From: Candidatus Jordarchaeales archaeon
GTDB taxonomy: Archaea; Asgardarchaeota; Jordiarchaeia; Jordiarchaeales; Freyrarchaeaceae
Direction of reading: 5' to 3'
Assembly: GCA_038858525.1 (NCBI GenBank)
Contig: JAWCFL010000001.1
Span: 2,053-66,052 of the forward strand
DNA length: 64,000 bases
The position numbers were made by a program, and so were the translations under genes. Under the pieces are notes generated by a model, which saw only the letters and a list, made by a program, of their open reading frames with translations, had not been told where the DNA came from and searched no databases. This document shows, one piece after another, positions 40,016 to 50,967 of the stretch (position 1 is its first letter; each line of letters opens with the position of its first letter).

Positions 40016-40214
40016 AAATAAAGAAAGAAAAACAGAGAGTAAAGAAACAATAGATGAAACAATAGATAGATAGTCGTTATAGAGTGAAAGTTTAACTACG
40101 AAAAGAGTTTTTCATTATGTAAAGAAAAATTTTACCTAATAAATATTACGCAAAGAAGCCTTTATAAAGAATCATAAAAAAACTCTTTAACCAAGGTTAA
40201 ACGGTGGTGGCACT

Positions 40215-42640
40215 TTGTCAAGGAATGAGAAAATCGTGCTCTGGTTTGAGGAGATAGGAAAGGAGGACGTTGCGCTTGTAGGCGGGAAATGCGCAAACCT
40301 TGGGGAAATGATCACAAAGGCTAAGGTGCCTGTACCTCCGGGGTTTGCGGTGACGACGTATGCATATAAACGATTCATAAAGGAGACCAAGATAATGGAC
40401 AAGATCTTCAGCAAACTCAGGGAAATTGACGTTAGAGATTTGAAGCAACTGGAAGAGGCGTCTAGAGAAATAAGGAAGCTTATTGAGGGGACTAAGGTTC
40501 CAGAAGACATACAGTCAGCTATATTAAGTGCTTATGATGATTTAGCAAGAAGAGTTGGCAGAGAGCCGCTTGTAGCTGTCCGTTCTAGCGCGTCGGCAGA
40601 GGATAGAGACAGGGTCTCCCTCTCTTGCCGGGCGCTAGTTTTGCCGGGCAGCAAGATACTTTCCTGAATGTCTCTAAAGGTGAGCTTGTAGAGAGTGTAA
40701 GGCGTTGCTGGAGTAGCCTATTTACTCCTAGAGCGATAGCATATAGAGAGGAGAAGGGGTTTAGACATGAGGACGTGTCAATAGGGGTTGCCGTTCAGGA
40801 GATGGTTGACGCGAAAGCTGCGGGAGTTATGTTTAGCATACACCCAGTTACAGGGGATAAAAACAGAATTCTTATAGAGGCCAGCTGGGGACTTGGTGAG
40901 GCCGTAGTAAGTGGGGCTGTGACCCCTGACACATACATAGTAGATAAAAAAACTTTTGAAATTCTCGAAAAACAAATTGCAACTAAAAAAGTGGAGCATA
41001 TAAGGGATCCTAAAACTGGAAAGACGATACATGTGGAGGTCCCGAAGGAGAGGCAAAACGTTCCAGCCTTAACGGATGAAGAAATAAAGGCGCTGGCGAG
41101 ATACGCCCGCCAGATAGAGCAGCATTATGGTACGCCGCAGGACATGGAGTGGGCTATTGACAAAGACGGGAGGATATTTATACTCCAAGCAAGGCCAGAA
41201 ACAGTTCACTCGACGGGATCAGCCATAGTGGAGCAACGATTAGTGGAGGAAAAGGAGGGGGAAGTGCTGGTGAGGGGATTGCCTGTTTCACCAGGAGTAG
41301 GGGCAGGGAAAGTCAAGGTAATCCTTAACGTTAAGGACATTGACAAGGTCAAAGAGGGGGATGTGCTTGTCACTAAGATGACTACACCTGACTGGGTTCC
41401 AGCCATGAAGAGGGCGGCAGCAATAGTTACGGATGAGGGAGGATACACTTGTCATGCAGCTATAGTGTCACGCGAGCTTGGCGTCCCATGTGTTGTTGGG
41501 ACTGGAAACGCGACAGAGGTGCTGGTGAATGTTGATGCTGTGACTGTTGATGGTGGAAAAGGATTAGTGTATCGCGGGATAATTAAAGCTGCTAAGGAGG
41601 AAGAATTTAGAGCTCCGGCTGTCGTTGAAGCTCAGATGATGATTCCGACTGCTACGAAGATATACGTTAACCTCTCAATACCAGAAATCGCTGATAAGGT
41701 TGCAAGGGAGACAATGGCTGATGGAGTTGGGCTTCTCAGAGCGGAGCACATGATGGTGACCATAGGCAAGCATCCTCGGAAGCTTATAGAGGAAGGTGGA
41801 GAAAACCTAATGGTTGAAAAATTCGCAGAGGGAATACGGAAAGTTGCAGAAGCGTTCTACCCGGGACCTGTAGTTTACAGGTTCTTAGACTTTAAGCCGG
41901 ACGAGTTCCTAGCCTTAGAAGGAGGGGAAAAATACGAGCTAGAGGCGGGGCACGTTGGTCCAAATCCCATGATAGGATACAGAGGCCAGTACAGGTACGT
42001 TAAGGAGCCAGATATATTCAGGTTGGAGTGCAGAGCTGTAAAGAAGGTTAGGGACGAGTTTGGGCTGAAAAACGTGTGGGTTATGGTTCCCTTTGTCAGC
42101 ACAGTAGAGGTCTTCAGAGAAGTAAAAAGGATAATGAAAGAAGAAGGGCTTGACAGGGAGAAGGATCCGGACTTTAAACTGTGGATAATGGTTGAGGTGC
42201 CAAGCAGCGTCTTTCTTATAGATAAGTTCTGCGAGGAGGGCATAGATGGGGTTTCCTTCGGCACTAACGACCTTACAATGCTGGTGCTAGGAGTTGATAG
42301 GAACGACGCAGCTGTCCAGGAACTCTACGACGAACGCAACTTAGCAGTTCTTAGAGCAATAGCGTACACGATAAAGATATGCGAAAAATATGGAGTCACT
42401 ACATCCATATGTGGGCAAGCTCCCAGTGTTTACCCAGACTACTTAGAGTTTCTAGTGAGAATGGGCGCTACCTCGATAAGTGTAAATCCAGATGCTGTGA
42501 AGCGAACACGTGAGATGGTGGCAAGAATAGAGCAGAAGATCATGATGGAAAAAGCGCTGAACGTGAAGCCCAGAATCAAAATAGGAAAAAGTTTTCTTGA
42601 AGAGGTGGCGTTCTGGAAATTGATAGACGATGAGGCATGA
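40215..42640 (+). pseudogene. ppsA: Phosphoenolpyruvate synthase interrupted by a frameshift (ORFs 40215-40667 and 40625-42640)
   Basis: The N-terminal ORF ends ...VAVRSSASAEDRDRVSLSCRALVLPGSKILS. The second frame resumes LPGASFAGQQDTFLNV, the canonical continuation of the ATP-grasp motif. The phosphohistidine domain and PEP-utilizer TIM barrel are intact. The frame shifts near 40611-40616, beside a duplicated ttgccgggc. This could be a sequencing error, a true pseudogene or recoding. Confidence 0.85.
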
Positions 42641-42854
42641 TGCGCCTACTCTTTTTATCGCTTTTTTCCTTTGAAGTAATAAATCGAGAGGTAAGAGAGC
42701 TATCCGGGTTAGCGAAACACTTTAAAAAACATCGTGCTAATTTTCAATTAGCCTTTAACCATATTAGGGGAGTGACATTATATCAACGCAGAAGTATTAC
42801 CGCACAATATCTGAGATTGCGGGGCCGCTTATTATAGTAAGCGGCGTAAAAGAT

Positions 42855-44180
42855 GTGGCTTACAATGAAGTTGTCCTCATTGAACTACCCAACGGAGAGA
42901 CGAGAAGAGGGACAGTCCTAGAGGTCGGTTTAGGCAAGGCGGTGGTTCAAGTATTCGAAGGGACAAGAGGAATTGATGCGAAGGATACTACTGTTAGGTT
43001 TACTGGGGAGACGATGAAGCTACCAGTTTCAATAGACATGATGGGGCGAATATTCAGTGGGTCGGGAGACCCGATAGATGGCGGTCCACCGATAATTCCT
43101 GAAGACGAGCTAGACATACATGGCTACCCACTTAACCCATATGCAAGGGAATACCCAAGAGAGTTCATTCAAACGGGTTTAAGCGTAATAGATGGATTGA
43201 ACTCCTTGGTCAGGGGGCAGAAACTACCAATATTTTCAGGGGCAGGGCTACCTCACAACAGGATAGCAGTTCAAATCGCTAGGCAAGCAAAGGTTTTAGG
43301 GAAGGAGGAGGAGTTCGCCGTCGTCTTTGCTGCAATGGGTATAACGGCGGAGGAGGCAAGGTTCTTCAGAGCAGACTTCGAAAGAACAGGGGCACTAGAG
43401 AGAGTTGTTCTCTTTATGAATCTTGCAGACGACCCTGCGATTGAGAGAATAATAACTCCACGTGTAGCCTTAACAGCGGCAGAGTACTTAGCATATGAGC
43501 ATGACATGCACATTCTCGTGATACTTACAGACATGACAAATTATGCTGAAGCTCTGAGGGAGATAAGTGCTGCAAGGGAAGAAGTTCCGGGAAGAAGAGG
43601 ATACCCAGGTTACCTTTACACTGACCTCGCAACTATATATGAAAGAGCTGGACGCATAAGGGGAAGGAAGGGAACGATAACGCAGATGCCAATTTTGACA
43701 ATGCCTAATGACGACATCACTCATCCGATCCCAGACCTCACCGGATACATTACCGAGGGGCAACTAATAGTTGACAGAGGACTCCACAGAAAGGGAATAT
43801 ACCCGCCCATTGATCCTAGACCAAGCTTGAGTAGGCTTATGAAGGAAGGTATAGGAAAGGGAAGAACTAGGAAGGACCACAGAGAGGTCAGCGACCAGTT
43901 ATATTACGCTTACAGTGAGGCTGTTGACCTTAGAGCGCTGGTAGCTGTCGTCGGTGAAGAAGCACTCCTCCCAAGAGACAGGAAATACTTAGAGTTCGGA
44001 GACCTCTTCGAAAGAAGATTCATAAATCAAGGGGAATATGAAGAACGCAGTATAGAAGAAACACTAGACCTCGGATGGGAACTACTAAGTATGTTTCCTG
44101 AAGGAGAACTAAAAAGAATAGACCCAGAAACCATCAATTGGGCGAAGCAAGAAGGAAAGTATACGTTTACTGGCGAGTAA
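42855..44180 (+). CDS. atpB: A/V-type ATP synthase subunit B
   Basis: 441 aa; non-catalytic B-subunit fold (...[21 protein letters not shown]...); no other atp genes adjacent. Confidence 0.9.
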   Translation: MAYNEVVLIELPNGETRRGTVLEVGLGKAVVQVFEGTRGIDAKDTTVRFTGETMKLPVSIDMMGRIFSGSGDPIDGGPPIIPEDELDIHGYPLNPYAREYPREFIQTGLSVIDGLNSLVRGQKLPIFSGAGLPHNRIAVQIARQAKVLGKEEEFAVVFAAMGITAEEARFFRADFERTGALERVVLFMNLADDPAIERIITPRVALTAAEYLAYEHDMHILVILTDMTNYAEALREISAAREEVPGRRGYPGYLYTDLATIYERAGRIRGRKGTITQMPILTMPNDDITHPIPDLTGYITEGQLIVDRGLHRKGIYPPIDPRPSLSRLMKEGIGKGRTRKDHREVSDQLYYAYSEAVDLRALVAVVGEEALLPRDRKYLEFGDLFERRFINQGEYEERSIEETLDLGWELLSMFPEGELKRIDPETINWAKQEGKYTFTGE

Positions 44181-44289
44181 AAGAGCATCTTCATTTTTAC
44201 TATTTTCTTTTAATTTTACAGTTAATTCTTTAATAAATGTTAGATTTTCTGAGAGGAATTTGAAGAATTGTATTAGAAAAAGGGAATTA

Positions 44290-44553
44290 TTATGCTGCTC
44301 GGAAAAGCCAAGGTGCTTTTTGTATTAGCATCCAGTGGAGGAATATTACTGATATTATAGTTAGAATTAATCCAACTGCTAGTAGTTTCGTGGCGTAGCT
44401 TGGATTATACACGTTCTTTGTGGCCTCATAGGCGAGGGTGATCCCTATGAATCCGATAAATATTAGGATCGCTACAGCGATTCCTTCTGTTAAATATTGG
44501 TCTTGAAAGTTTGTGTTTATGAAGCCGAAGCTTATTTGGGAAGGATTTAGCAT
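44290..44553 (-). CDS. Hypothetical small membrane protein
   Basis: 87 aa, 2-3 TM segments. Confidence 0.25.
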   Translation of the reverse strand: MLNPSQISFGFINTNFQDQYLTEGIAVAILIFIGFIGITLAYEATKNVYNPSYATKLLAVGLILTIISVIFLHWMLIQKAPWLFRAA

Positions 44554-44769
44554 GAGATGAATCCCGCCGCTGAGAACAAACAGAGAGAAAACTACGAAAG
44601 CTGCGGCAAGAAGTATGTTTGGTGGATTACGTAGCCAAGTTATCCTCTTTGTTACCGTTTTCCTCGTCTTTGTTACCGTTTTCCGTAGCCACGCTACAAT
44701 TTTCGCTGATGCTTTTCTGGACAGCTTCTTCCCTCCTGAAAAGCTATCTGTTAATGTAAGTTAAAGTTT

Positions 44770-44994
44770 TTAGTTTTTCTGTTTTTCGATCAGGTCTTTT
44801 GCAACTTCTTTGGCCCATTGCCCGGTGTTCTTATTTTCCATTATTTTTTGCAAGTATTCTTGCCAACTGATTTGAAGAGCGTCTTTCCAGTATTGATACT
44901 GCTTTTTTAGGTTTTCATATGCTAACTGATGATTTTCGCAATAAGATCCATTTCTAGAAGTTCTTTCTCCGCAGATCGGGCATTTTCCTGACAT
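44770..44994 (-). CDS. Small zinc-ribbon protein (unknown)
   Basis: MSGKCPICGERTSRNGSYCENHQ... The ORF-track start at 45033 overlaps the topA 3' end; the internal M after the topA stop was chosen. Confidence 0.3.
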   Translation of the reverse strand: MSGKCPICGERTSRNGSYCENHQLAYENLKKQYQYWKDALQISWQEYLQKIMENKNTGQWAKEVAKDLIEKQKN

Positions 44995-44996
44995 TT

Positions 44997-47060
44997 TCAC
45001 TTGGCTCCTTGGCATTTTTGCCAGTTCACACATAGTTCTTGGGGGCGCCGTCTAGGTCTCCTGACGAGGAGCGTTGGAAAACCGCAGTTGGGACAGGTTT
45101 TACCTGTCGGTTCAAGTATCCCTGCTTGAGGGAGAGGGGCGCTAAAATTGCATGTGCCACTCCAGTAGTTTAAGCAACCTACAAAGCGTTTCCTGCTCTT
45201 TCTAGATCTAATTATTTTTAGCTCCCCTCCACACAGGGGGCACTTACCGAGGGAGAATTGTTTCTGCTGAATCTTGAAAAGAGCTTCACGAAGTGCTTCT
45301 CCTATCTCTTTTTCCTTACGCTTGAAGTCTTCAAGTATTGGAGTCAGTTTTTCTATCGCGTCTACTATCACTTCCTGCCTCGTCTTTTTCTGTGACTCTA
45401 TTTGGTTCATTGCTTCTTCAAGCTCGCGCGTTAAATCCACAGAGAGAACCCTTGGACAATAAGCTGACAAGACGTTTATTACGGAGAGGCCGAGGTCTGT
45501 TATCTCGATTTGTCTTCCTGTTATGTAACGCCTCTCGTAGAGTGTTTCTATTATGTCTGCTCGAGTTGCCTTTGTCCCTATCTGGTTTGCCTCCATCAGC
45601 TTCAAGAGGCTATTAGGATTATACCTTGGAGGCGGCGCAGTGTACTTCTCCTCCAAGTTAACGTTAACTATCTTGACTTGTTCTCCTTCTCTTACTGGTG
45701 GGATCTCTATTTCTTCTGTTCTGACATATGGCTCGTAGGCTTCTTGCCAGCCAGCAACTTTTGTCTTCATTCCTCTTAGGTGAAAAATGTGGGAGGACAC
45801 TGCGATCGTGACCTTTATGCTTTCCCGGATGGAGGGAGGACCAAATACCGCGAGAAAACGTCGTACTATCAAGTCGAATAATTTTTCTTCTTCGGGTGAA
45901 AGTTTTTCTTCAGGCAACGTCCCTGTCGGATGTATTGGCGGGTGAGCTGGATCTTCTTTTTTACCTTCAGTGGGAGACAATTTTCCTCTCGAGAGAATAC
46001 ATTCAACGATGCGCGTATATCTCTCGTGCTCTCTTAATTGTCTTAAGATGGATAACAAGTCTATGGAGGGGGGGAATTTTTGGCTTCCTGTTCTGGGATA
46101 AGAGATTAGAGCTGCTAGGTATAATCTTTCGGCTATCGCCATTGTTCTGCTGGGGGTGTAACCAAAGAGAGAATAGGCCTCCGACTGGAGGCTACTAATG
46201 TCAAATGGAGGAGGGGGGCTGAGCGTTCTTTCAGATGAGGAAACATCAGTAATTATTCCCACTTGGCCACTGCATTCTTCGACAACTTTTTCGGCCTCGC
46301 TTTTTGTTAGTATTTTTCCTTTCTCATATTGGAGGACATATAAGCCGCCATTTATTTCTGCCTGGGCTGAAATTGTCCAGTAAGGTTTTGGTACAAAACT
46401 TTTTATCTCTCGCTCTCTCCTCGCTATGAAGGAAAGAGTTGGACCTTGAACTCGGCCGGTACTTAGGGTATGATATTTCCCGGCGACGTTCTTTAGGGAA
46501 GTCATCAACGCCCTAGAGAGGTTTATGCCGTATATCCAGTCTATCTCATGTCTTGCTCTGCCAGCCTCGATAAGTCCCCAATCGAGGGTTTGTGAAAGAG
46601 AGTAATATGCGTTGACAAGTTCATCTTTCGTTAAAGCTGAAAATTTCATTCTTTTTGCTTTCGAGAGACTTTCTGTTCCGCACGCGTATTTAAGTATATT
46701 ATAGGCGATTTGGCTGCCTTCTATATCGAAGTCGGTAGCAGAAATGAATGAGTCGGCGTCTTTCGCGAGTTTCGATATAAGATCTATAAAGTGCTTAGTG
46801 TTCGAGGCACGCTTATTGACACGATAAGTAGCAACCCATTCCACGTTGAACACCGGGTAGGTCCAACCGCCACCTTTCTGGCTAACTGAGAACAGATGCC
46901 CTATAGCAGGTACTATTACTAGTTTTGTTTTGTCTCTAGTTGCTTTGTAGTAACGAACTCCGTTTTCCTCGTAAACCTCTGGCTTGCCATTCTCGTCAAG
47001 TGCCTTTGCAATACGCTCGGCAGCACTAGGTTTTTCGGCGATAATTAAGGTGTAACTCAC
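44997..47060 (-). CDS. topA: DNA topoisomerase I (type IA) with C-terminal zinc ribbons
   Basis: 687 aa; Toprim N-terminus (LIIAEKPS), active-site Tyr region, C-terminal CPLCGG...CPNCG. Confidence 0.9.
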   Translation of the reverse strand: MSYTLIIAEKPSAAERIAKALDENGKPEVYEENGVRYYKATRDKTKLVIVPAIGHLFSVSQKGGGWTYPVFNVEWVATYRVNKRASNTKHFIDLISKLAKDADSFISATDFDIEGSQIAYNILKYACGTESLSKAKRMKFSALTKDELVNAYYSLSQTLDWGLIEAGRARHEIDWIYGINLSRALMTSLKNVAGKYHTLSTGRVQGPTLSFIARREREIKSFVPKPYWTISAQAEINGGLYVLQYEKGKILTKSEAEKVVEECSGQVGIITDVSSSERTLSPPPPFDISSLQSEAYSLFGYTPSRTMAIAERLYLAALISYPRTGSQKFPPSIDLLSILRQLREHERYTRIVECILSRGKLSPTEGKKEDPAHPPIHPTGTLPEEKLSPEEEKLFDLIVRRFLAVFGPPSIRESIKVTIAVSSHIFHLRGMKTKVAGWQEAYEPYVRTEEIEIPPVREGEQVKIVNVNLEEKYTAPPPRYNPNSLLKLMEANQIGTKATRADIIETLYERRYITGRQIEITDLGLSVINVLSAYCPRVLSVDLTRELEEAMNQIESQKKTRQEVIVDAIEKLTPILEDFKRKEKEIGEALREALFKIQQKQFSLGKCPLCGGELKIIRSRKSRKRFVGCLNYWSGTCNFSAPLPQAGILEPTGKTCPNCGFPTLLVRRPRRRPQELCVNWQKCQGAK

Positions 47061-47141
47061 ATAAGCGCCTCCCGGTGTAGTTAAATATACTAAGAAGATG
47101 GGGATATTGGGAAATAATAATTTTTTATCTTTTGCGTTTTA

Positions 47142-49571
47142 TCAAGCTTTTCTTGTAAGCGTGACTTTGGTAAGCGATGAAGAAAGTTGCCTTGCTTCAA
47201 GTTTTAATGGTAACTGATCGAGCACGCCTAGATGAGTTGTTATAACTTTGCTTCCGAAAAGCTTTTCGAGCTCTAACGCCAACTTAGCATCACGCTCATC
47301 GAGAAAAACTACTATCACAACGCCATGCTTCTCAACTGCTTTCTCGAGTTGCTGTGATAATTTTTTAATCTCTTTTTCTGTCTTGGTAAGCGCTAGTTTG
47401 AATGGATGGCCATTTATGAAGCCATCTAGTCCCAGCTTCGGATCTCTAAATTGAACCAACAGTAAGCCTGTTTCGCTGCATATTTTTTCGATTAAGTCGT
47501 AGGCATATGAGGAGACTACTTCATTTATTCCTCTTGTTTCGAGGAAGAAAACGGGGAGACGCTTTCCGCCGGGCATAGGGAGATAAGCACAATTGACGTG
47601 TGGTTTGGTCTTTCTTACTCTTCTTAGCGTTTCCCAAACGTCTTCTTTCGAAGCACCTGATGCTTGCGATATAAGTTTTTCCGTAACATAGGTAGAGTTT
47701 TCTAGCAGATGAAGGACTTTTGCCTCGAGCTCGGAGACAGGGTAACTGGAATTAATGGAAGTATCTCCTTGAGTGGAAGTATCTCCTTGCAATTGGAGAT
47801 GAAAAATTAGTGGAGGACAATCGCTCCTTAAGAAAGAGAATGTCCTGTCATCTTGCTTAATGCTTTCAGTTTCCATTATAATAGATTTAAAGCGCTGAGA
47901 GTGATGAGGAGTGAGACTAGAAGCATTAAAGTTAAATGTTGAAAAAAGGAGAATAGGAGTCTTAGAAGCGTTGTCTGTAATGCCACATTCTAGTAGGTTA
48001 ATAATAATTGATGGCGATGCAATTACTAGGATAGCATATTCATTTTTAGGACATAGATCAATGATTATGGAAGTTAAAAACTCGAGCGTGGTTAATGTAA
48101 GTCTAGATGATTGCTTGCTTAAGTCAAGGAAAATCTTTGGAGCGGGGAATAGTTCTACCAATGTCGGATGATTTTCCTCAAAGAACTCGGTTAAAACACC
48201 ACGCTTTATATCTGAAAGAAACTCTTTTGTTCTTTCCTCTTGACAAGTTTCATCTGACATTATGCGAGTTGCTTCAAGCAGAAATGAGACGATGCGTTCA
48301 TGACTCGTTGTTCTTATAAGCTCTCGGATCATGCTACTTTCCGTAGCTGGAAAATTAAGCACTTTGGCTAGCAGGTTTACAAGTCTCGCAAGGTACTCGT
48401 GGAGAGGCATATTAGAGGAAGGGACAAGGGATATCGAGGTAAAACCGTTTTTCTCAGATAGGGCCAGCCCACCCATCGCATCCCTCAACTGAAACGTAAT
48501 TCCCTGAAAATCAAGAATTAGCCATTTGTATGGTAGATGAAAAGCCAAATTTTTGATGAGCAAAGCGAGTGAACTAGGTTGCCTTACTAAGAGCAAGGCA
48601 GGGTTAAGGAGGTTTTCGTCTATTTTAAAGTCAAGCACATGGTTTTTAATAAGCAACTTTCCCAAAGTGACCGAGTGACTGATAGACGGAGGTGGTTCTG
48701 GAACACAAATGTGTTCTAGGAAATCACGAAGCATGTCAATGTCGCCTAAAAGAGGGGGAGAACTTGAAACGTAAAAACGGCAGGTAATCTTGAGCAAGTT
48801 CTTTAGAACCATTCTACTCTTCATGAGGGAAACACGGTATATAGGGTACATGAAGGCTTTAATTTCTTCCACCGCTTCACTTAAAGAAGATAGACTTCTG
48901 CTTAAAAGAACTACGTAGGGCGATAGCTTAACGTTAAACGAACCACTCGCCGCATCCTCACGGGTTTTGCTAAGTTTAGAGGTGGAATTACTTATAGGTT
49001 TCATTGGTAAAATTAAATGAATGATTATATCGAATTTTTTCGATGCTTTTCTTAGCTCTTCGAGCAACTCGCTTATCCGTTGAGAAGAAATAGAGGAAAA
49101 AGTCATCACAGAAAGAAAGAACGGGGAGCCTGCATTTTCCAAACGCAAAACATTTTCTCTACCAATTAGAGAAGCTTTCTTAAACGTTTTATCCCCCAGA
49201 ATTGAGAAAAACATCTCACTTAAATCAGTATTCGGCTCAACCTGTGTGAAACCTAACGAGTGAAGAAGAGTAGTTGAGGAACAGTAAAGGTATATGAGCC
49301 TGCGTTCTTTTTCCTTGGATATTGCTAATTCAAGTGAGGCCTCTAAGCCGCGCATCTTGATAACATTTTCTAATTGTTCTAATTGACTAGGAGAATTGAG
49401 GGGCAAAATAACACCGGCCTTAAAGAGCCTACGCTTTCTCATAAGCCAGATCTCGCTTTTTTTCACAACGAGTTTGAAGTGATTCCTAGTAAAATAAAAG
49501 TAAATAGCGAACAGTAACAGAAAAAAGAAAAGCAAAGTTAAAGTTCTGAGCGAAAGCAAACAGTTCACCAC
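47142..49571 (-). CDS. Large membrane-anchored hypothetical protein (809 aa), no P-loop
   Basis: N-terminal TM helix (LLSLRTLTLLFFFLLLFAIYFYF), then about 780 residues of mixed a/b sequence without Walker motifs. Confidence 0.5.
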   Translation of the reverse strand: MVNCLLSLRTLTLLFFFLLLFAIYFYFTRNHFKLVVKKSEIWLMRKRRLFKAGVILPLNSPSQLEQLENVIKMRGLEASLELAISKEKERRLIYLYCSSTTLLHSLGFTQVEPNTDLSEMFFSILGDKTFKKASLIGRENVLRLENAGSPFFLSVMTFSSISSQRISELLEELRKASKKFDIIIHLILPMKPISNSTSKLSKTREDAASGSFNVKLSPYVVLLSRSLSSLSEAVEEIKAFMYPIYRVSLMKSRMVLKNLLKITCRFYVSSSPPLLGDIDMLRDFLEHICVPEPPPSISHSVTLGKLLIKNHVLDFKIDENLLNPALLLVRQPSSLALLIKNLAFHLPYKWLILDFQGITFQLRDAMGGLALSEKNGFTSISLVPSSNMPLHEYLARLVNLLAKVLNFPATESSMIRELIRTTSHERIVSFLLEATRIMSDETCQEERTKEFLSDIKRGVLTEFFEENHPTLVELFPAPKIFLDLSKQSSRLTLTTLEFLTSIIIDLCPKNEYAILVIASPSIIINLLECGITDNASKTPILLFSTFNFNASSLTPHHSQRFKSIIMETESIKQDDRTFSFLRSDCPPLIFHLQLQGDTSTQGDTSINSSYPVSELEAKVLHLLENSTYVTEKLISQASGASKEDVWETLRRVRKTKPHVNCAYLPMPGGKRLPVFFLETRGINEVVSSYAYDLIEKICSETGLLLVQFRDPKLGLDGFINGHPFKLALTKTEKEIKKLSQQLEKAVEKHGVVIVVFLDERDAKLALELEKLFGSKVITTHLGVLDQLPLKLEARQLSSSLTKVTLTRKA

Positions 49572-49672
49572 TTTGATCTTTTCTTCTCTTTCTTACTTTC
49601 TTAAATTCAAAAAGTGATTTAAACCGCAATGTTCTGAATCAAATTAAACTAACTCTGGAAGGGTGTCGAAGT

Positions 49673-50908
49673 TTGAGGGAAGCTGAAGTTGAGCTCAGAG
49701 GACACATAATAGACTCGTTAATTTTACCAAGGGTTTTCGCGGCGATATATGACTTAGATGGGGAGTTCGAAATTTTAGAGTTCAGTATAGGGAAAACAAA
49801 GAGCGAGCATTCATACGCTAAGATCCTTATAAAAGGAAAAAATGAGGAGCATCTTAAGGTTCTTTTAAAAGAAATCCAAAAAATGGGCGCGGTCATCGTA
49901 GAAGAAATAGAAGGAGTTAAGCTAGCGCCCGCCCCAGCTGATGGCGTTTTACCCGACAATTTTTACTCGACAACCAACCATCCAACTTATATTCGCCTTG
50001 ACGGAAAGTGGGTTGAATGCGAAAACATCGAAATGGACAAGGTTATAGTTGTGAAAAACGGATTACCTATTTGCGTTCCCTTAAGAAAAGTTAAGAAAGG
50101 AGACCTTGTGGTCCTCAACGAGTCAGGAATAAAGGTTGTCCCCCCTGAAAGATCTAGAAAAAGAGAGATTTTTGAGTTCATGAGAAGCGAGGTCTCCCCA
50201 GAAAAACCAACGACGTCCCTTGTTAAAATGCTAGCAAAGGAAATGTACCACATGAAGAGAAAAAATGAAAAAATAGTTGTGGTGGCCGGCCCAGCAGTAG
50301 TTCATTCCGGCGCGTCAGAAGCGTTGGCTGAACTTATAAGAAGAGGCTACGTCGACGTGTTGCTTTCAGGTAACGCAATGGCTGTTCACGACATCGAAAG
50401 AAGCCTATATGGCACGTCTTTAGGGATGAATCTTGAAACACTCGAAAGCTATGAGGGAGGACACAGACACCACTTGATGGCGATAAATGAAGTTAGAAAA
50501 CACGGCTCAATAAAAAAACTAGTGGAAGCGGGAGTTCTGAGAAAGGGCATAATGTACGAGTGCGTCATAAATCAGGTGCCCTTCGTTCTTGCAGGTTCCA
50601 TTCGTGATGATGGCCCCCTTCCAGAAGTCATAACAGACGTGCTCGAAGCACAAGACGCCATGCGTGACCATTTGAGGGGAGCAAAGCTCGTTTTGATGCT
50701 CGCTACAATGCTCCACTCCATAGCTGTAGGAAACATGCTACCTTCAACCGTTAAAATAGTGTGTGTAGACATAAATCCTAGCGCAGTAACGAAACTAACA
50801 GACAGGGGAACATACGCCTTGGGTATAGTGAGCGATGTAGGCGCCTTCCTTCCACAGCTTGTTCAAGAATTGAAAAACATCGAAAGAGAAGCAGAACGGA
50901 TGCCGTAG
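49673..50908 (+). CDS. TIGR00300 / LOR-SDH-like protein with DHS-like NAD-binding region (putative archaeal-type ornithine cyclodeaminase family)
   Basis: 411 aa; ...KIVVVAGPAVVHSGASEALAELIRRGYVDVLLSGNAMAVHDIE... resembles the deoxyhypusine-synthase-like fold; the extra ~130-aa N-terminal domain is typical of TIGR00300 proteins. Start codon is non-ATG. Confidence 0.4.
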   Translation: MREAEVELRGHIIDSLILPRVFAAIYDLDGEFEILEFSIGKTKSEHSYAKILIKGKNEEHLKVLLKEIQKMGAVIVEEIEGVKLAPAPADGVLPDNFYSTTNHPTYIRLDGKWVECENIEMDKVIVVKNGLPICVPLRKVKKGDLVVLNESGIKVVPPERSRKREIFEFMRSEVSPEKPTTSLVKMLAKEMYHMKRKNEKIVVVAGPAVVHSGASEALAELIRRGYVDVLLSGNAMAVHDIERSLYGTSLGMNLETLESYEGGHRHHLMAINEVRKHGSIKKLVEAGVLRKGIMYECVINQVPFVLAGSIRDDGPLPEVITDVLEAQDAMRDHLRGAKLVLMLATMLHSIAVGNMLPSTVKIVCVDINPSAVTKLTDRGTYALGIVSDVGAFLPQLVQELKNIEREAERMP

Positions 50909-50967
50909 ACGAAAAAGTTTACAAATAAAAAGAGGAGGTTTAAGTAAAAGATACGGGAGGGCGACTC

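Noticed and set aside
40016-40214. Short direct repeats (caatagat x2-3) between UPF0146 and ppsA
   Set aside because: Too short or simple to call a repeat element; likely promoter-region low complexity.
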